From NCBI GenBank assembly GCA_963724765.1, contig CAVRVY010000004.1:128001-192000 (forward strand): DNA of 64,000 nucleotides, in the 5' to 3' direction. Below the pieces are notes generated by a model, which was not told the DNA's origin, did not search any database, and saw only the letters and a program-made list of their open reading frames with translations. This DNA is from an uncultured delta proteobacterium (lineage in GTDB: Bacteria; Desulfobacterota; Binatia; Binatales; Binataceae). Positions 46,546 through 56,185 of this stretch are shown here, in pieces. The number at the start of each line of letters is the position of its first letter. The first letter of the stretch is position 1. Made by a program: the position numbers and the translations under genes.

Positions 46546-47817
46546 TCACTGCGTGTACAAATCCGTGGTGTTGAGTGACCCGAAGATGCCTCCACCGCCG
46601 GCAATGAGGACCTTGCCGTTGGGTAGCAGCGTGGCAGTTGCATCAAGGCGCTGATAATTCATGCTGGGAGTTAAAGAAGCCGGAAAAAAGCTGTTGGTTG
46701 CGGGATCGTAGATATCAACGATGCTCGTATCAATGCTCCCAGTTATTCCGCCTGCGATCAGCACATTGGCATTGTTCAGCAACGTGGCTGTGGCTTCCAC
46801 ACGAGCCTTGTTCATCAGCGGAGTCGAAGACGCCGGGGCGAAGGTATTGCTCGCTGGGTCATACAAATCCACGTCGTTAAGTATCGGGTTCAAGGTGCCC
46901 CCACTCAGACCCAGGCCGCCAGCGATGAGCACTTTGCCGTTGGCCAGCAAAGTCGCCGTGGCTTGTTCGCGCGCTTCGTTCATTAACGGGGTCGAGGTGG
47001 CGAAGCTATTGGTAGCTGGATCGTACAAGTCCACGCTATTGGTCGGGGACTCTGTGGCTAACGATTTGCCATCATCGCCGCCGGCAATCAGCACCTTGCC
47101 ATTCGGTAACAGTGTCGCTGTGGCGTCACCCCGCGCGTCGCTCATCGCAGGAAGTGACGCGGCGGCGGCGAAGCTGTTGGTCGCCGGATCGTACAACTCC
47201 ACGCTGTTTAGCTGTATCCCGGGAGGATAAGGAAGCGCCGCGAAGCCACCCCCCCTGCGATCAGCACCTTGCCGTTGGGCAACAATACGGCGGTGGCCTG
47301 AGTGCGCGCAGTGTTCATGACCGGAACTGACGCGGCTGTAGCAAAGCTGTTGGTCGCCGGGTCATACAACTCGATGCTGTTTAGCGGTCCTGGAACGCCC
47401 CCCCCCAAGGGCCTCACCGCCCGCTATCAGCACCTTGCCGTTCGGCAGCAACACGGCGGCGGCCTGATAGCGCGCCGTGTTCATCGTGGGAGTCGAAGCG
47501 GGCGGAGCAAAACTGTTGCTCGCGGAACCATACAACTCCACGCTGTCGAGATACGTTCCAAAAAAGGGAGAGAGCGAGGTGCGGCCAAAGCCGCCTGCGA
47601 TAAGCACGTTACCGTTGGGCAACAACGTGGCGGTGGCGCCTTGACGTTCCTGATTCATGGAGGGGGTGGTACCTAGCGCAGCAAAGCTGCCACCTGAGGC
47701 AGGCTGCGCCTGCGGCGAAGACCCTGCCGAAGGCGAGGCGGACGAACCGCCGCCACATCCGGCAAGCATCAGGATGACGCTGAAGATGAGACCGCACCAG
47801 CTGCGTCCACTGGTCAT
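46546..47817 (-). pseudogene. Kelch-repeat beta-propeller lipoprotein, frameshifted at two poly-G tracts
   Basis: Lipobox LAGC; repeated R..ATATLLPNGKVLIAGG...VELYDPATNSF. Frame breaks fall at the C9 (47398-47406) and C7 (47249-47255) runs. Confidence 0.8.
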
Positions 47818-47953
47818 GTTGTTCCTCTCTGAGATCTTCAAACCTTCGGGATTCGACCGCAGATGCTCGGGCGTCCGGACGCGCTGCGAGGCGGCGAGCG
47901 CGGCGCCAGCGCGCCATGCCGACAATGAAAGCAGCGCGCAGGTCGAATCGGCT

Positions 47954-47981
47954 AGCTGACATAATATTTCAAGCGCCTGTT
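47954..47981 (-). other. dif-like site A (degenerate XerC arm)
   Basis: Minus strand AACAGGCGCTT-GAAATA-TTATGTCAGCT; spacer identical to dif and XerD arm 10/11. Confidence 0.65.
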
Positions 47982-48057
47982 ACGAACTCTGCGTTCGCGC
48001 CACGCTTGCAATAGGAGTAAAGCCGGATGTGCGTGCTAGACGCGAAGGAGCCAAGCA

Positions 48058-48426
48058 ATGGCAGTTAAAGCGATAGGGGAATTTTCGTTCAAGGCCATCA
48101 CCAGCACCTACAGTCCCGGGCCGGCGGGAAGCGTTCTCGACCAAGTGAATTGGGAAGGGACGGCGGCGGGGTTCGGAACAGTCTTCGGCACGGCTACCTA
48201 CGTCGGTGGTTCCAAGAACGGGACCTTCAGTGCGTGTTGGGTCGCTTACCTGGACAACGGCGAGCAACTTTCGGGTATCGGTTCTGGCACCTATGAGAGC
48301 AGCGGCAAACACCACTGGCGCACGCAGCACGTAATTCACATATCCGACGGCACTAGTATCGTCAACGAAGGTGAGATCGACCTGGCCACTCGGTCGTGGA
48401 CGGGTAAAAATTTCGAGAATAGCTGA
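48058..48426 (+). CDS. Beta-rich hypothetical protein between dif-like sites A and B
   Basis: AAGGAG RBS, intact 122-aa ORF. Confidence 0.7.
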   Translation: MAVKAIGEFSFKAITSTYSPGPAGSVLDQVNWEGTAAGFGTVFGTATYVGGSKNGTFSACWVAYLDNGEQLSGIGSGTYESSGKHHWRTQHVIHISDGTSIVNEGEIDLATRSWTGKNFENS

Positions 48427-48557
48427 ACGCGGGAGTCTCGCCTCCGCCGGCCCGGCGCGCATAAAGGAGGACTTTCGTCCAAAAATTCCTCTGCTGAAGG
48501 GTTGGTAAGCGCGGCGAGCCGGAATCGGTCGCCGCGCTTTTCATTCGCGGATAAGCA

Positions 48558-48615
48558 AGCAGACATAATATTTCTCACGCAACTGGACCGAAGCGCTGGC
48601 GACGTTACGTCAACT
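48558..48615. other. Paired inverted dif-like sites B/B'
   Basis: AGCAGACATAA-TATTTC-TCACGCAACTG-GA-CCGAAGCGCTG-GCGACG-TTACGTCAACT. Confidence 0.65.
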
Positions 48616-49447
48616 ACGTTGGCGATTTTGTTGCAATCGACAGTCATTTCAAATAGGCTTGTCGAATGGCTCAGAATCTGGTCAGAGCGGCCAAGGCGAT
48701 AGCGCGAGCGACGGCGAGCCGAGTAGTAGTCCCGCTACTCGTCCACGGCGAGGTGCGCTGTGAGCCTCGCGAACCCGGATCTAGGAGAACTTGAAGTGAG
48801 GCCCTTTAACCTCCAGTACAAAGGCCCGCTTCATTCAATGCAATCGGATAAAGCTGATCGAAAAAAAGAAGTCCATGATATTCGGCGAGCGTTTCACGAC
48901 CAATTAAAGCGACCGTGGAAATCGACCGAATTGCTCCGCTTTAAGTCGCAACACGATTATCACGGGTTCCCTTATCGCGGACAGCGTTATCAATCCGGAG
49001 ATGGACGGTGGCTACCTCTTGATCTAGATTGGGCTGTTACAAAACGAACAAAAGCCGGGCGAGACATAAATTTCATTCCTTTAGTAATACGCGCTACAGG
49101 GATGGCCCTTACTTGTGAACTTGAAATGCGGATTGCCTGGCGCGAAAAGACTCAAGGTGGGATCGTTCGAGCGACCGCAGAAGGCTTCGATTTAGACAAT
49201 CGGCTTAAACACATTCTCGATGCATTGGCGATCCCACAAGACAATCAATTGCCTGACGACGTTGCGGCTGACCCGTCGCCATATTTTCTAACCTTGCTCG
49301 AAGACGACGGCTTGATAACTCGCATCGATGTAAAGGCACATCCGATTGGCTTGCCAAAGCAACCAACGGAGCTAGACGCTTATCTTGAGTGGAGTTGACC
49401 CGGTTTCGTGGACAGTGGCGGAGTGGGGAAAGTGAAGGAGAGCCACG

Positions 49448-49762
49448 ATGCCCAAGAGTCATGCACGGTATGCGCTGGAATACCGGCGCCGAATGGTGGA
49501 GCTGGCGCGGGCAGGGCGTAGTCCCGACGATCTCGCGAAGGAGTTCGAGCCGACCGCCCAGTCGATTCGCAACTGGGTGGCGCAGGCGGAGCGCGATGCG
49601 GGCCGTCGTCTTGATGGGCTGACCAGCGACGAGCGGCAGGAGCTTACCCGGCTGCGGCGTGAGAACCGGGTGCTGCGCGAAGAGCGCGAGATACTATCAA
49701 AAGCCGCGGCCTGGTTCGCGACGGAGACCGGTTCGGTGCCGTCACGGCGTTCGAATTCGTGA
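49448..49762 (+). CDS. IS3 transposase OrfA (HTH + leucine zipper)
   Basis: RYALEYRRRMVEL...IRNWV...ELTRLRRENRVLREEREILSKAAAWF. Confidence 0.9.
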   Translation: MPKSHARYALEYRRRMVELARAGRSPDDLAKEFEPTAQSIRNWVAQAERDAGRRLDGLTSDERQELTRLRRENRVLREEREILSKAAAWFATETGSVPSRRSNS

Positions 49763-50643
49763 GCGCGAATCAGGCCATGTACCAGATTGCGACGATGTGC
49801 CGGGTGCTGGAGGTCTCCACCAGCGGATACTACGCGTGGTGCCAACGCTCGCCGTCCGCGCGCGCCCAGGCGGACGCGGAACTCACTTCACGGATGAACG
49901 CGATTCATGAGAGATCGTACGGGACCTACGGCGCACCGCGCATTCACGCCGAACTTGAGGCTGAAGGCATTCAAGTGGGGCGCAAGCGGGTGGCGCGGCT
50001 AATGCGCGCGGCAGGCTTGGCCGGCGTGAGCCGGCGCAAGTGGATAACCACCACGATGCGTGACCGCAATGCGCGTCCGGCGCCGGACCTGGTCGAGCGC
50101 AACTTCATGGCGCCAGGACCGAATCGGTTGTGGGTGGCTGACATCACCTATATCCCGACCTGGGCTGGTTTCCTGTATCTCGCGGTAGTGTTGGACGCCT
50201 TCAGCCGCCGGATCGTGGGCTGGGCGATGGCGACTCATCTGCGCACCGAGCTGGTGCTCGAAGCACTGAACATGGCGCTGGCGCAGCGGCGGCCCGCCGG
50301 GGTGATCCATCATTCCGACCAAGGCACACAGTACACGTCGATCGCCTTCGGGATACGTTGCCGGGAGGCCGGCGCGCGACCCTCGATGGGCTCGGTCGGT
50401 GATTGCTTCGACAATGCCATGTGCGAGAGCTTTTTCGCTACGCTCGAATGCGAGCTGCTCGACCGCCGCCGTTTCCACACCCAAGCCGAGGCGCGCATGG
50501 CGGTCTTCGAGTTCATCGAGGGCTGGTACAATCCCCATCGCCGCCACTCCGCCCTCGACTATCTGTCGCCAATCAACTACGAAAGGAGCCACGACCCAGA
50601 GGAGTCAACCGCAAGCCCTCCGCCGTCCACTGAACCGGGGTAA
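49759..50643 (+). CDS. IS3 transposase OrfB (DDE integrase)
   Basis: WVADITY, HHSDQGTQY, DNAMCESFF, YNPHRRHSAL. Confidence 0.93.
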   Translation: MSANQAMYQIATMCRVLEVSTSGYYAWCQRSPSARAQADAELTSRMNAIHERSYGTYGAPRIHAELEAEGIQVGRKRVARLMRAAGLAGVSRRKWITTTMRDRNARPAPDLVERNFMAPGPNRLWVADITYIPTWAGFLYLAVVLDAFSRRIVGWAMATHLRTELVLEALNMALAQRRPAGVIHHSDQGTQYTSIAFGIRCREAGARPSMGSVGDCFDNAMCESFFATLECELLDRRRFHTQAEARMAVFEFIEGWYNPHRRHSALDYLSPINYERSHDPEESTASPPPSTEPG

Positions 50644-50764
50644 CTCCAGAGATCGACATTGATGTGACGGTCCAGAGCGATGCGCTCGATGATTTTTAAG
50701 CCTTTCTGAGACTCGTTGGCGCCTGTTGAGTCGCGCTTTAGTATGCTGCGCGGATGTTCGCGCC

Positions 50765-51217
50765 CTACTCCAATAAGTCCACCATTGAAGACCCTAATTG
50801 TTGGTGGATCTGCTCCCAACGTGCCGTCGCCGCAAGGAGTTTGTCGTGGGCCTTGTCGCGCTCTTTCTCAAGGTCTGTGATTTGCGTTTTCAATTCCCGC
50901 ACCGCGCTCTCGACTGATTGAACATTTTGGACGGCCGTATGGCGCGCTTGTGCTAGGCGCGCCAGTTCTGGCTCAAGTGAGGGTCTCACATTTGAAGTAG
51001 CAGTGTCACGATATTCTCGAAACTTCTGATAATTCAGTTCTGCTTTTTCTCGCAATTCGTTGACATATGGCAACGTGCCTTTCGTATTGTTCGCCTTTGT
51101 TCTTATGAGCATGAGCTGGTCGTCATATTTTTGGACGCGCTCGCTCGCTTGGATACGTTTGGCATTTTCCACTTCCAGAGCATGTTGAAGATTTTCTCTA
51201 ATGCCCACCTCGTTCAC
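50765..51217 (-). CDS. Coiled-coil cargo protein
   Basis: 150-aa helical ORF whose GTG start overlaps the TGA of the upstream small ORF. Confidence 0.6.
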   Translation of the reverse strand: MNEVGIRENLQHALEVENAKRIQASERVQKYDDQLMLIRTKANNTKGTLPYVNELREKAELNYQKFREYRDTATSNVRPSLEPELARLAQARHTAVQNVQSVESAVRELKTQITDLEKERDKAHDKLLAATARWEQIHQQLGSSMVDLLE

Positions 51218-51381
51218 CTCTGCCCGATCCTTGTCTTTGGATCTGAATGAATTGCTTTTCCTAACAACTTGTCAAACTTTCCTAAGTCAATATGGCGGAT
51301 CTGCTCCCGCAGCTTGTCATCCTCTGCGCGCTGCTTTTCGCTGATCGGCTTGTGCTTTTGCCTACGCTTTTTTGTGGCCAC
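51214..51381 (-). CDS. Small basic protein (55 aa) downstream of IS1595-a transposase
   Basis: Hand-translated MATKKRRQKHKPISEKQRAEDDKLREQIRHIDLGKFDKLLGKAIHSDPKTRIGQR; homologous to 56699-56854. Confidence 0.7.
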   Translation of the reverse strand: MATKKRRQKHKPISEKQRAEDDKLREQIRHIDLGKFDKLLGKAIHSDPKTRIGQR

Positions 51382-51431
51382 GCTTGTACTTTAGCGCGGC
51401 CACGGAGCCTAGGCCATATGGTGCTTGCAAA

Positions 51432-52364
51432 CTATCCACTGCACGTTTCGACCATCGCAGCAAAGGCGTCTGCGCTGTGGCGATTGTTGTGGCGAAAGCT
51501 GAACTCATTTAGATACAGCGGCAGATAATCCTTGCTCACGTGGTGATAGGTGCCCACCACGCCACGCTTGAGCAATGCCCAGAACGATTCGATATTGTTT
51601 GTGTGAACCTCGCCGCGCACATATTCGCCGCGACCGTGATTCACAGCCTGATGCGGGATGCTTCTGTTCAGATAGCGATAGGCTTGATTTTCATCGGTCG
51701 CAACCAGTGAAACCTTGTCGCTCACAGTGCGATTAACGAAACCAGTCAGAGTTTGGGCGCCCATATCGCCAATGACCTTGGCGACGATGTTGCCCTTGCG
51801 CTCGATAGCGCCAATCACGCCGACTTTGCCGTAGCCGATGGCTTCGCCTAGAGGCTGTCGGCCTTTGGCCTTGCGTACCTGGGCGCTTTTCTTGCCGTAG
51901 TGGCGATTCCGATCCTTTCCACCGATGTAAGTTTCATCGACTTCGACTTGGCCAGTCAGCGAAAACGCATCGCCTTTCATCGCAGCACGCCAGCGATGGC
52001 AGATATACCAAGCTGTGCGCCAGTCTGTACCTGAATCCTCGCCAAACATAACGCGCCGAACCTGAAGCGAGCTAATGCCTTTCTTCGCGGTCAGCATCAT
52101 GTAGCCAATGCGAAACCAGATAACCAGTGAGACTTTGGTGTCTTGAAAAATCGTGGCTGTGGTGACGCTAAAGCGATAGCCCGCGCGCTTGCCGCAATCG
52201 GCGTTGCAGCAAGTCCAGCTAAAGGGTTTCTTTAACTTGTAGATTTTCTCCGCACGATTACAGCGAGGGCAGCGCACGCCGTTCGGCCAGCGCTTGGCGA
52301 CGATGTATTCTTTGCAGGCTTCATCGGTCGGAAACTGTTTCTCGAATAGCGCCAGTGTTTCCAT
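51432..52364 (-). CDS. IS1595-family (ISXO2-like) transposase a
   Basis: Zn ribbon CPRC..C..C, TIFQDTK, EVDETYIGG, ATDE, HTNNIESFW, YLNEFSFRHN. Confidence 0.93.
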   Translation of the reverse strand: METLALFEKQFPTDEACKEYIVAKRWPNGVRCPRCNRAEKIYKLKKPFSWTCCNADCGKRAGYRFSVTTATIFQDTKVSLVIWFRIGYMMLTAKKGISSLQVRRVMFGEDSGTDWRTAWYICHRWRAAMKGDAFSLTGQVEVDETYIGGKDRNRHYGKKSAQVRKAKGRQPLGEAIGYGKVGVIGAIERKGNIVAKVIGDMGAQTLTGFVNRTVSDKVSLVATDENQAYRYLNRSIPHQAVNHGRGEYVRGEVHTNNIESFWALLKRGVVGTYHHVSKDYLPLYLNEFSFRHNNRHSADAFAAMVETCSG

Positions 52365-52371
52365 GCTTCAG

Positions 52372-52400
52372 ATATTAGCGCTCTTTGCGTTGACTGTCAA
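52372..52400 (-). promoter_or_regulatory. sigma70 promoter of transposase a (probably leaderless)
   Basis: TTGACA-17 bp-TAATAT-7 nt-ATG; -35 lies inside the IR. Confidence 0.7.
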
Positions 52401-52420
52401 TACCAACAAAATAGCCACTA

Positions 52421-52448
52421 CGTAGACATAAATACTTGGAGTGCAAGT
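52421..52448 (-). other. dif-like site C
   Basis: Plus strand CGTAGACATAA-ATACTT-GGAGTGCAAGT; GTGCAA shared with site D; abuts the stop codon at 52449. Confidence 0.5.
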
Positions 52449-52955
52449 TCACCCTCTCAGGTCCGGAGTCGGCCTCGAAGCGGAAACCAGCAGGGAGATA
52501 AAGGCGATTACAGTTACACCAAGGATCCAAAGGGTCGCCAGCATGAATATGACCGCTTCCTCGCGGATGAGATAACCGGCAGCTGCCGCAAAGCTCGCGG
52601 CAGCGATTCCTAAGCCCATCACACTCGTAGTGGAAGAGCGAAGTATTTCAGTCCGATGTCGGGAGGTTTCGAGCACGAGACGACCGCCGCCGATGAGATG
52701 TATTAGACCAGACACTGCGTTGCAGATCTGCCATGCAATGTGCTCTTCGGATGCCAGATACACCAGCAGAAGCGCAGCGAAAAGGGACAGAAATAGAGCG
52801 CTCAGCGAGGAGTACATGAAATGAAACAGCGCCGAGGTTTGGCCCCTACCTAGACGGTGAGATCGCTCACCAAAAACAAAGACCACGCCGATGAATCCGG
52901 TCAGAGTCGCGGCCACTTGCGCGTAGGCGAGGAGAATAACCGCGTAACTACTCAT
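52449..52955 (-). CDS. Multi-pass membrane hypothetical protein between dif-like sites C and D
   Basis: About 5 hydrophobic segments; AQVAATLTGFIGVVFVF. Confidence 0.7.
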   Translation of the reverse strand: MSSYAVILLAYAQVAATLTGFIGVVFVFGERSHRLGRGQTSALFHFMYSSLSALFLSLFAALLLVYLASEEHIAWQICNAVSGLIHLIGGGRLVLETSRHRTEILRSSTTSVMGLGIAAASFAAAAGYLIREEAVIFMLATLWILGVTVIAFISLLVSASRPTPDLRG

Positions 52956-53000
52956 GTTGGGGTGCTAGGCTCTCTCGAAATCACGATAATTTTCGAGTCT

Positions 53001-53058
53001 GGTGAACATAATATTTCTCGTGCAACTGCAAAGAAGCGGTCGCAAGATTATGTCAACT
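53001..53058. other. Paired inverted dif-like sites D/D'
   Basis: GGTGAACATAA-TATTTC-TCGTGCAACTG-CA-AAGAAGCGGTC-GCAAGA-TTATGTCAACT; same 58-bp layout as B/B'. Confidence 0.7.
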
Positions 53059-53084
53059 TGAATCAAGTGGCGATTATCCGGCGC

Positions 53085-53113
53085 TTGACACCGACCCAAT
53101 AAAGCGCTATTCT
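53085..53113 (+). promoter_or_regulatory. sigma70 promoter of transposase b (probably leaderless)
   Basis: TTGACA-17 bp-TATTCT-7 nt-ATG. Confidence 0.7.
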
Positions 53114-53120
53114 TTTCATC

Positions 53121-54101
53121 ATGAATACGAAGAGAAAGCCCGTTGTTCGGCAGATGCAATTGCGCGAGCTTCTGGCCCGTTTCTCGACTGAGGATGCTTG
53201 CAAAGAACACCTTGACCGAAGGCGCTGGCCGGATGGTGTGGTCAAGTGCCCGCGTTGCGGCGGCAAAGCATACCGGCTCAAGGCGCGCCCCTTCCACTAC
53301 CTGTGCAAGAGCGGCAAGCAATCGACCGATAAAGAGACCGGCGATGTCGTTACCTGCCACAAACAAAACGGCTATCGCTTCTCCGTCATCACGCGAACTG
53401 TGTTCGAGAATACGAACTACCCTCTTCGAGAATGGTTCCGGGTAATCTTCTTCATGCTGCACTCGAAGAAAGGAATGTCTGCCCATCAGATACACCGCAT
53501 GATCGGAACCGGCTCGTATGAAACCGCTTGGTATATGTGCATACGAATTCGCGCCGCAATGCGCGGCGATATGCTTTCGCTGAGCGGCATTGTAGAAGCG
53601 GACGAGACTTACATCGGCGGGAAGGATCGCAATCGACACTGGAACAAAAAGAGCCGTCAGCAACGTGAATTGGCTGGGCCACAACCGCTTGGCGAGGCCG
53701 TTGGATACGGGAAAAGCGGAGTCATCGGCGCAATCGCTCGCAAGGGTAACGTCGTCTGCCGCGTGATCGGCGATCAGGATGCTCGCACGCTTGCGGGTTT
53801 CGTTCGCAACGTCGTTGACGACAAGGTAACCCTCGTCGCGACGGACGAGAACCAAGCCTACAATTATTTGGACCGCGACATTCGCCATGAGGCGGTCAAG
53901 CACAGCGCTGGCGAATACGTGCGCGGCGAGGTCCATACGAACAACATCGAGAGTTTCTGGAGCCTTCTGAAGCGTGGCGTTGTGGGCACCTATCACAACG
54001 TGAGCAAGAAATATCTGCCGCTGTATCTGAATGAATTTTCCTTCCGATTCAACAATCGCGAGAACCCTGATATCTTCGACGCCATCCTTCGAGGATGCTG
54101 A
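53121..54101 (+). CDS. IS1595-family transposase b
   Basis: CPRC, EADETYIGG, ATDE, HTNNIESFW, YLNEFSFRFN. Confidence 0.93.
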   Translation: MNTKRKPVVRQMQLRELLARFSTEDACKEHLDRRRWPDGVVKCPRCGGKAYRLKARPFHYLCKSGKQSTDKETGDVVTCHKQNGYRFSVITRTVFENTNYPLREWFRVIFFMLHSKKGMSAHQIHRMIGTGSYETAWYMCIRIRAAMRGDMLSLSGIVEADETYIGGKDRNRHWNKKSRQQRELAGPQPLGEAVGYGKSGVIGAIARKGNVVCRVIGDQDARTLAGFVRNVVDDKVTLVATDENQAYNYLDRDIRHEAVKHSAGEYVRGEVHTNNIESFWSLLKRGVVGTYHNVSKKYLPLYLNEFSFRFNNRENPDIFDAILRGC

Positions 54102-54177
54102 GTTCGCCACGCTGGCGGCGCCCTCAGCAACCGTCAAAGCCAGCGCAATTGCGGTTACCGTTTGCTGCGAGGGTGGG

Positions 54178-54453
54178 ATGGCACGGAAGAAAGCAAAACG
54201 ATCGGTTGGATCAGCTCGCGTTCCAATTTCCGATGAAAAATTGATCGCGCGCCTCCAAGAGAAAGCGCCGGAGCTATTGACTGCCAAGGTTTCGGAAGCG
54301 GCCTTTGATTCGGTCATAGACAATCTGCTTGCGGAATCGCCATCCGATGATCGTCCGCATTTCTATTGCCGCAAATGCGGGGAATATCACCTGAAAAGTC
54401 ATTTGCACTATCAACCTAGCGCCACTACGAAAACCACCCCAAAACAAGCTTGA
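54178..54453 (+). CDS. Small basic protein (91 aa) downstream of transposase b, with C-terminal CxxC..H..H
   Basis: MARKKAKRS...SDEKLIARL...FDSVIDNLL...YCRKCGEYHLKSH. Confidence 0.6.
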   Translation: MARKKAKRSVGSARVPISDEKLIARLQEKAPELLTAKVSEAAFDSVIDNLLAESPSDDRPHFYCRKCGEYHLKSHLHYQPSATTKTTPKQA

Positions 54454-55075
54454 GCGATCAAGAGAAGAAAGATTCCCCCGAACCCGCAGAGCGCGGAACG
54501 AAGGGGAGTCACCTGACGGGGCACTTCGAACTCGATCTCCCAAATCCCAACGAGGATACAACCGCAGGCGAAAGAATCAGAAATCCTTCAAGCGCCGCCT
54601 TTTTAACGACCTGCGAAACCCGCGCTTTTATATCGAAGGATTCGCTCTCATCGTTGTTGCCATCTATACCGGCTTCGCTGGATATCAATCGTGTCAGTTG
54701 GAACGCTCTACCATTGCGACCAAAGAAAGCGCTGATGCTGCGGTTGCGGCGACGCGTGCCTTGATCTTTCTCGAAGAGAAACCATTTTTCGGCAGTTATG
54801 GACCTGTATGCACTATGGGCTTGCAAAATGTCGGCAAGATTCCCGCTACTCAGATAATCGAAACGCACGAATTCAAGATCACCGCCAACGATAATGCCGT
54901 TCCGAGTTTTTCCCGATGTCCTGAAGGGAAGAAACTCCGCTTCCCGTATATCAGGCCTGATCATCCGAGAATCTTCGCAATCGCTCCACCGGTCGGAGCT
55001 TCCCAGACTCCGCCCACAGTCTGGATTCACGGCTGTATTCGCTATCGCGACTTCTTGAGCGCGCGTCTAGTTTAG
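54450..55075 (+). pseudogene. Membrane-anchored cargo protein, apparently frameshifted near 54600
   Basis: Overlapping ORFs 54450-54764 and 54698-55075; a TM-like IVAIYTGFAGYQ segment lies in the second frame after a T-run. Confidence 0.45.
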
Positions 55076-55240
55076 ACCCACGATCTGGTCGGTGTCGAGT
55101 ATCGGATAATCGCCCCTCAAGTGGGGACTAGGTGAATGTTGACACCCACTGAAAGTTGGCATAAAAAGAGTCGAGGACGGCTATGCAGGGAGGTTCTGCG
55201 GGCGGGGTTCCCGCCCGGTTACAAGGGCCGCGAGTGGTTT

Positions 55241-55979
55241 ATGATTCTCCACGCTTACTTTGACGAACACGGGCACGATGGATCGTCCGTATACGCCATC
55301 GCTGGTTACGTCGGGACCGATGAGCAATGGAGCACGTTCACTGAAAAGTGGAGCTCTACCCTAGAGCGTCATTATGCATTCGGCCCGTTCCACATGGTCG
55401 AGTTCGAGGCTTCAGACATAGACAAAAAGAGCCAGTTCCACGGCTGGAGCAAGGATCAAAAGGACGCGCTGGCGAAAGAGCTTTTTCCGCTCATCCCTGA
55501 CAGCGGTGTGCGCGGATTAGGCCAAGCGATACTGATGGACGCCTTTAATGGCCTTTCGGAGAATGCACAGCAACGGTTACGCGATCCTTATTGGGGTCTG
55601 CTTCCACAACTGTATCGAACGACTACTGAAGGACATTCCAGAGGACGACAAGGTTGATTTGGTTTTTGATCGCAAAGACAAATACACTGGCGAAGCGCTG
55701 GATCGCTATAGATTTCTCAAGGATGACTGGCTGCCGCCTGCACAGGCGAAAAAGCTAGTGGGTTGTGCATTCAGAGACGACGATATCATTATTCCGCTAC
55801 AAGCAGCGGACGTTCTCGTTTATGAAACCGGCAAATTATTTGAGAACGCCTTTCGTAGGCCAGATTTATCGGAGAGAAAGTCACTGCAAGTTCTCCGTGC
55901 GCGACAAAACGTACAAATCGGAGTCTGGGACAGGGATAATCTTGCCGCAGAGTTTAAAAAATACAACTCCCTACTCTAG
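55241..55979 (+). pseudogene. DUF3800-like protein, frameshift near 55595
   Basis: AYFDEHG...IAGYVG...FHMVE in one frame; LVFDR...PLQAADVLVYE in the next. Confidence 0.65.
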
Positions 55980-56179
55980 CCACTGCTGGTAAGACACGCC
56001 CAAAAAATAGCGGCGACCACCGCGACGGCGCCTAAAACCAGCGGAATCGCACAGCCGATAAGGCCGAGCGCATCGCCCACTCCCATCGGGCCGGGATGGC
56101 TTTGGCCGCAATGTGGGCAGACCTTCGCTTTCTCTGAAACAGGCGCGTGGCAGGTTTTGCAGTTGACCAGAGCGGCCAC
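55976..56179 (-). CDS. Zinc-ribbon protein with C-terminal TM helix
   Basis: CKTC...SEKAKVCPHCG, hydrophobic tail. Confidence 0.65.
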   Translation of the reverse strand: MAALVNCKTCHAPVSEKAKVCPHCGQSHPGPMGVGDALGLIGCAIPLVLGAVAVVAAIFWACLTSSG

Positions 56180-56185
56180 GAACGT

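Larger units (their letters stand above)
49390..50648 (+). mobile_element. IS3-family insertion sequence
   Basis: TG...CA ends; IRs TGGAGTTGACCCGGTTTCGTGGAC / GTCCACTGAACCGGGGTAACTCCA; 3-bp duplication GAG. Confidence 0.93.
48796..50699 (+). pseudogene. Cargo gene with RusA-like motif, interrupted near its 3' end by IS3
   Basis: DLDNRLKHILDAL...LEDDGLI; removing the IS3 and one GAG restores ...AYLEIDIDVTVQSDALDDF*. Confidence 0.7.
48621..52416 (-). mobile_element. IS1595-family transposon (a) with cargo and a nested IS3 element
   Basis: 23-bp IRs GGCGATTTTGTTGCAATCGACAG / CTGTCAATACCAACAAAATAGCC (19/23); flanks ACTACGTT (48613-48620) and ACTACGTA (52417-52424). Confidence 0.85.
53069..55114 (+). 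mobile_element. IS1595-family transposon (b) with cargo
   Basis: IRs GGCGATTATCCGGCGCTTGACAC / GTGTCGAGTATCGGATAATCGCC (19/23); flanks AATCAAGT and CCTCAAGT (6/8). Confidence 0.85.

Noticed and set aside
46546-47660. ~150-bp periodic DNA repeats
   Set aside because: Explained by kelch protein repeats
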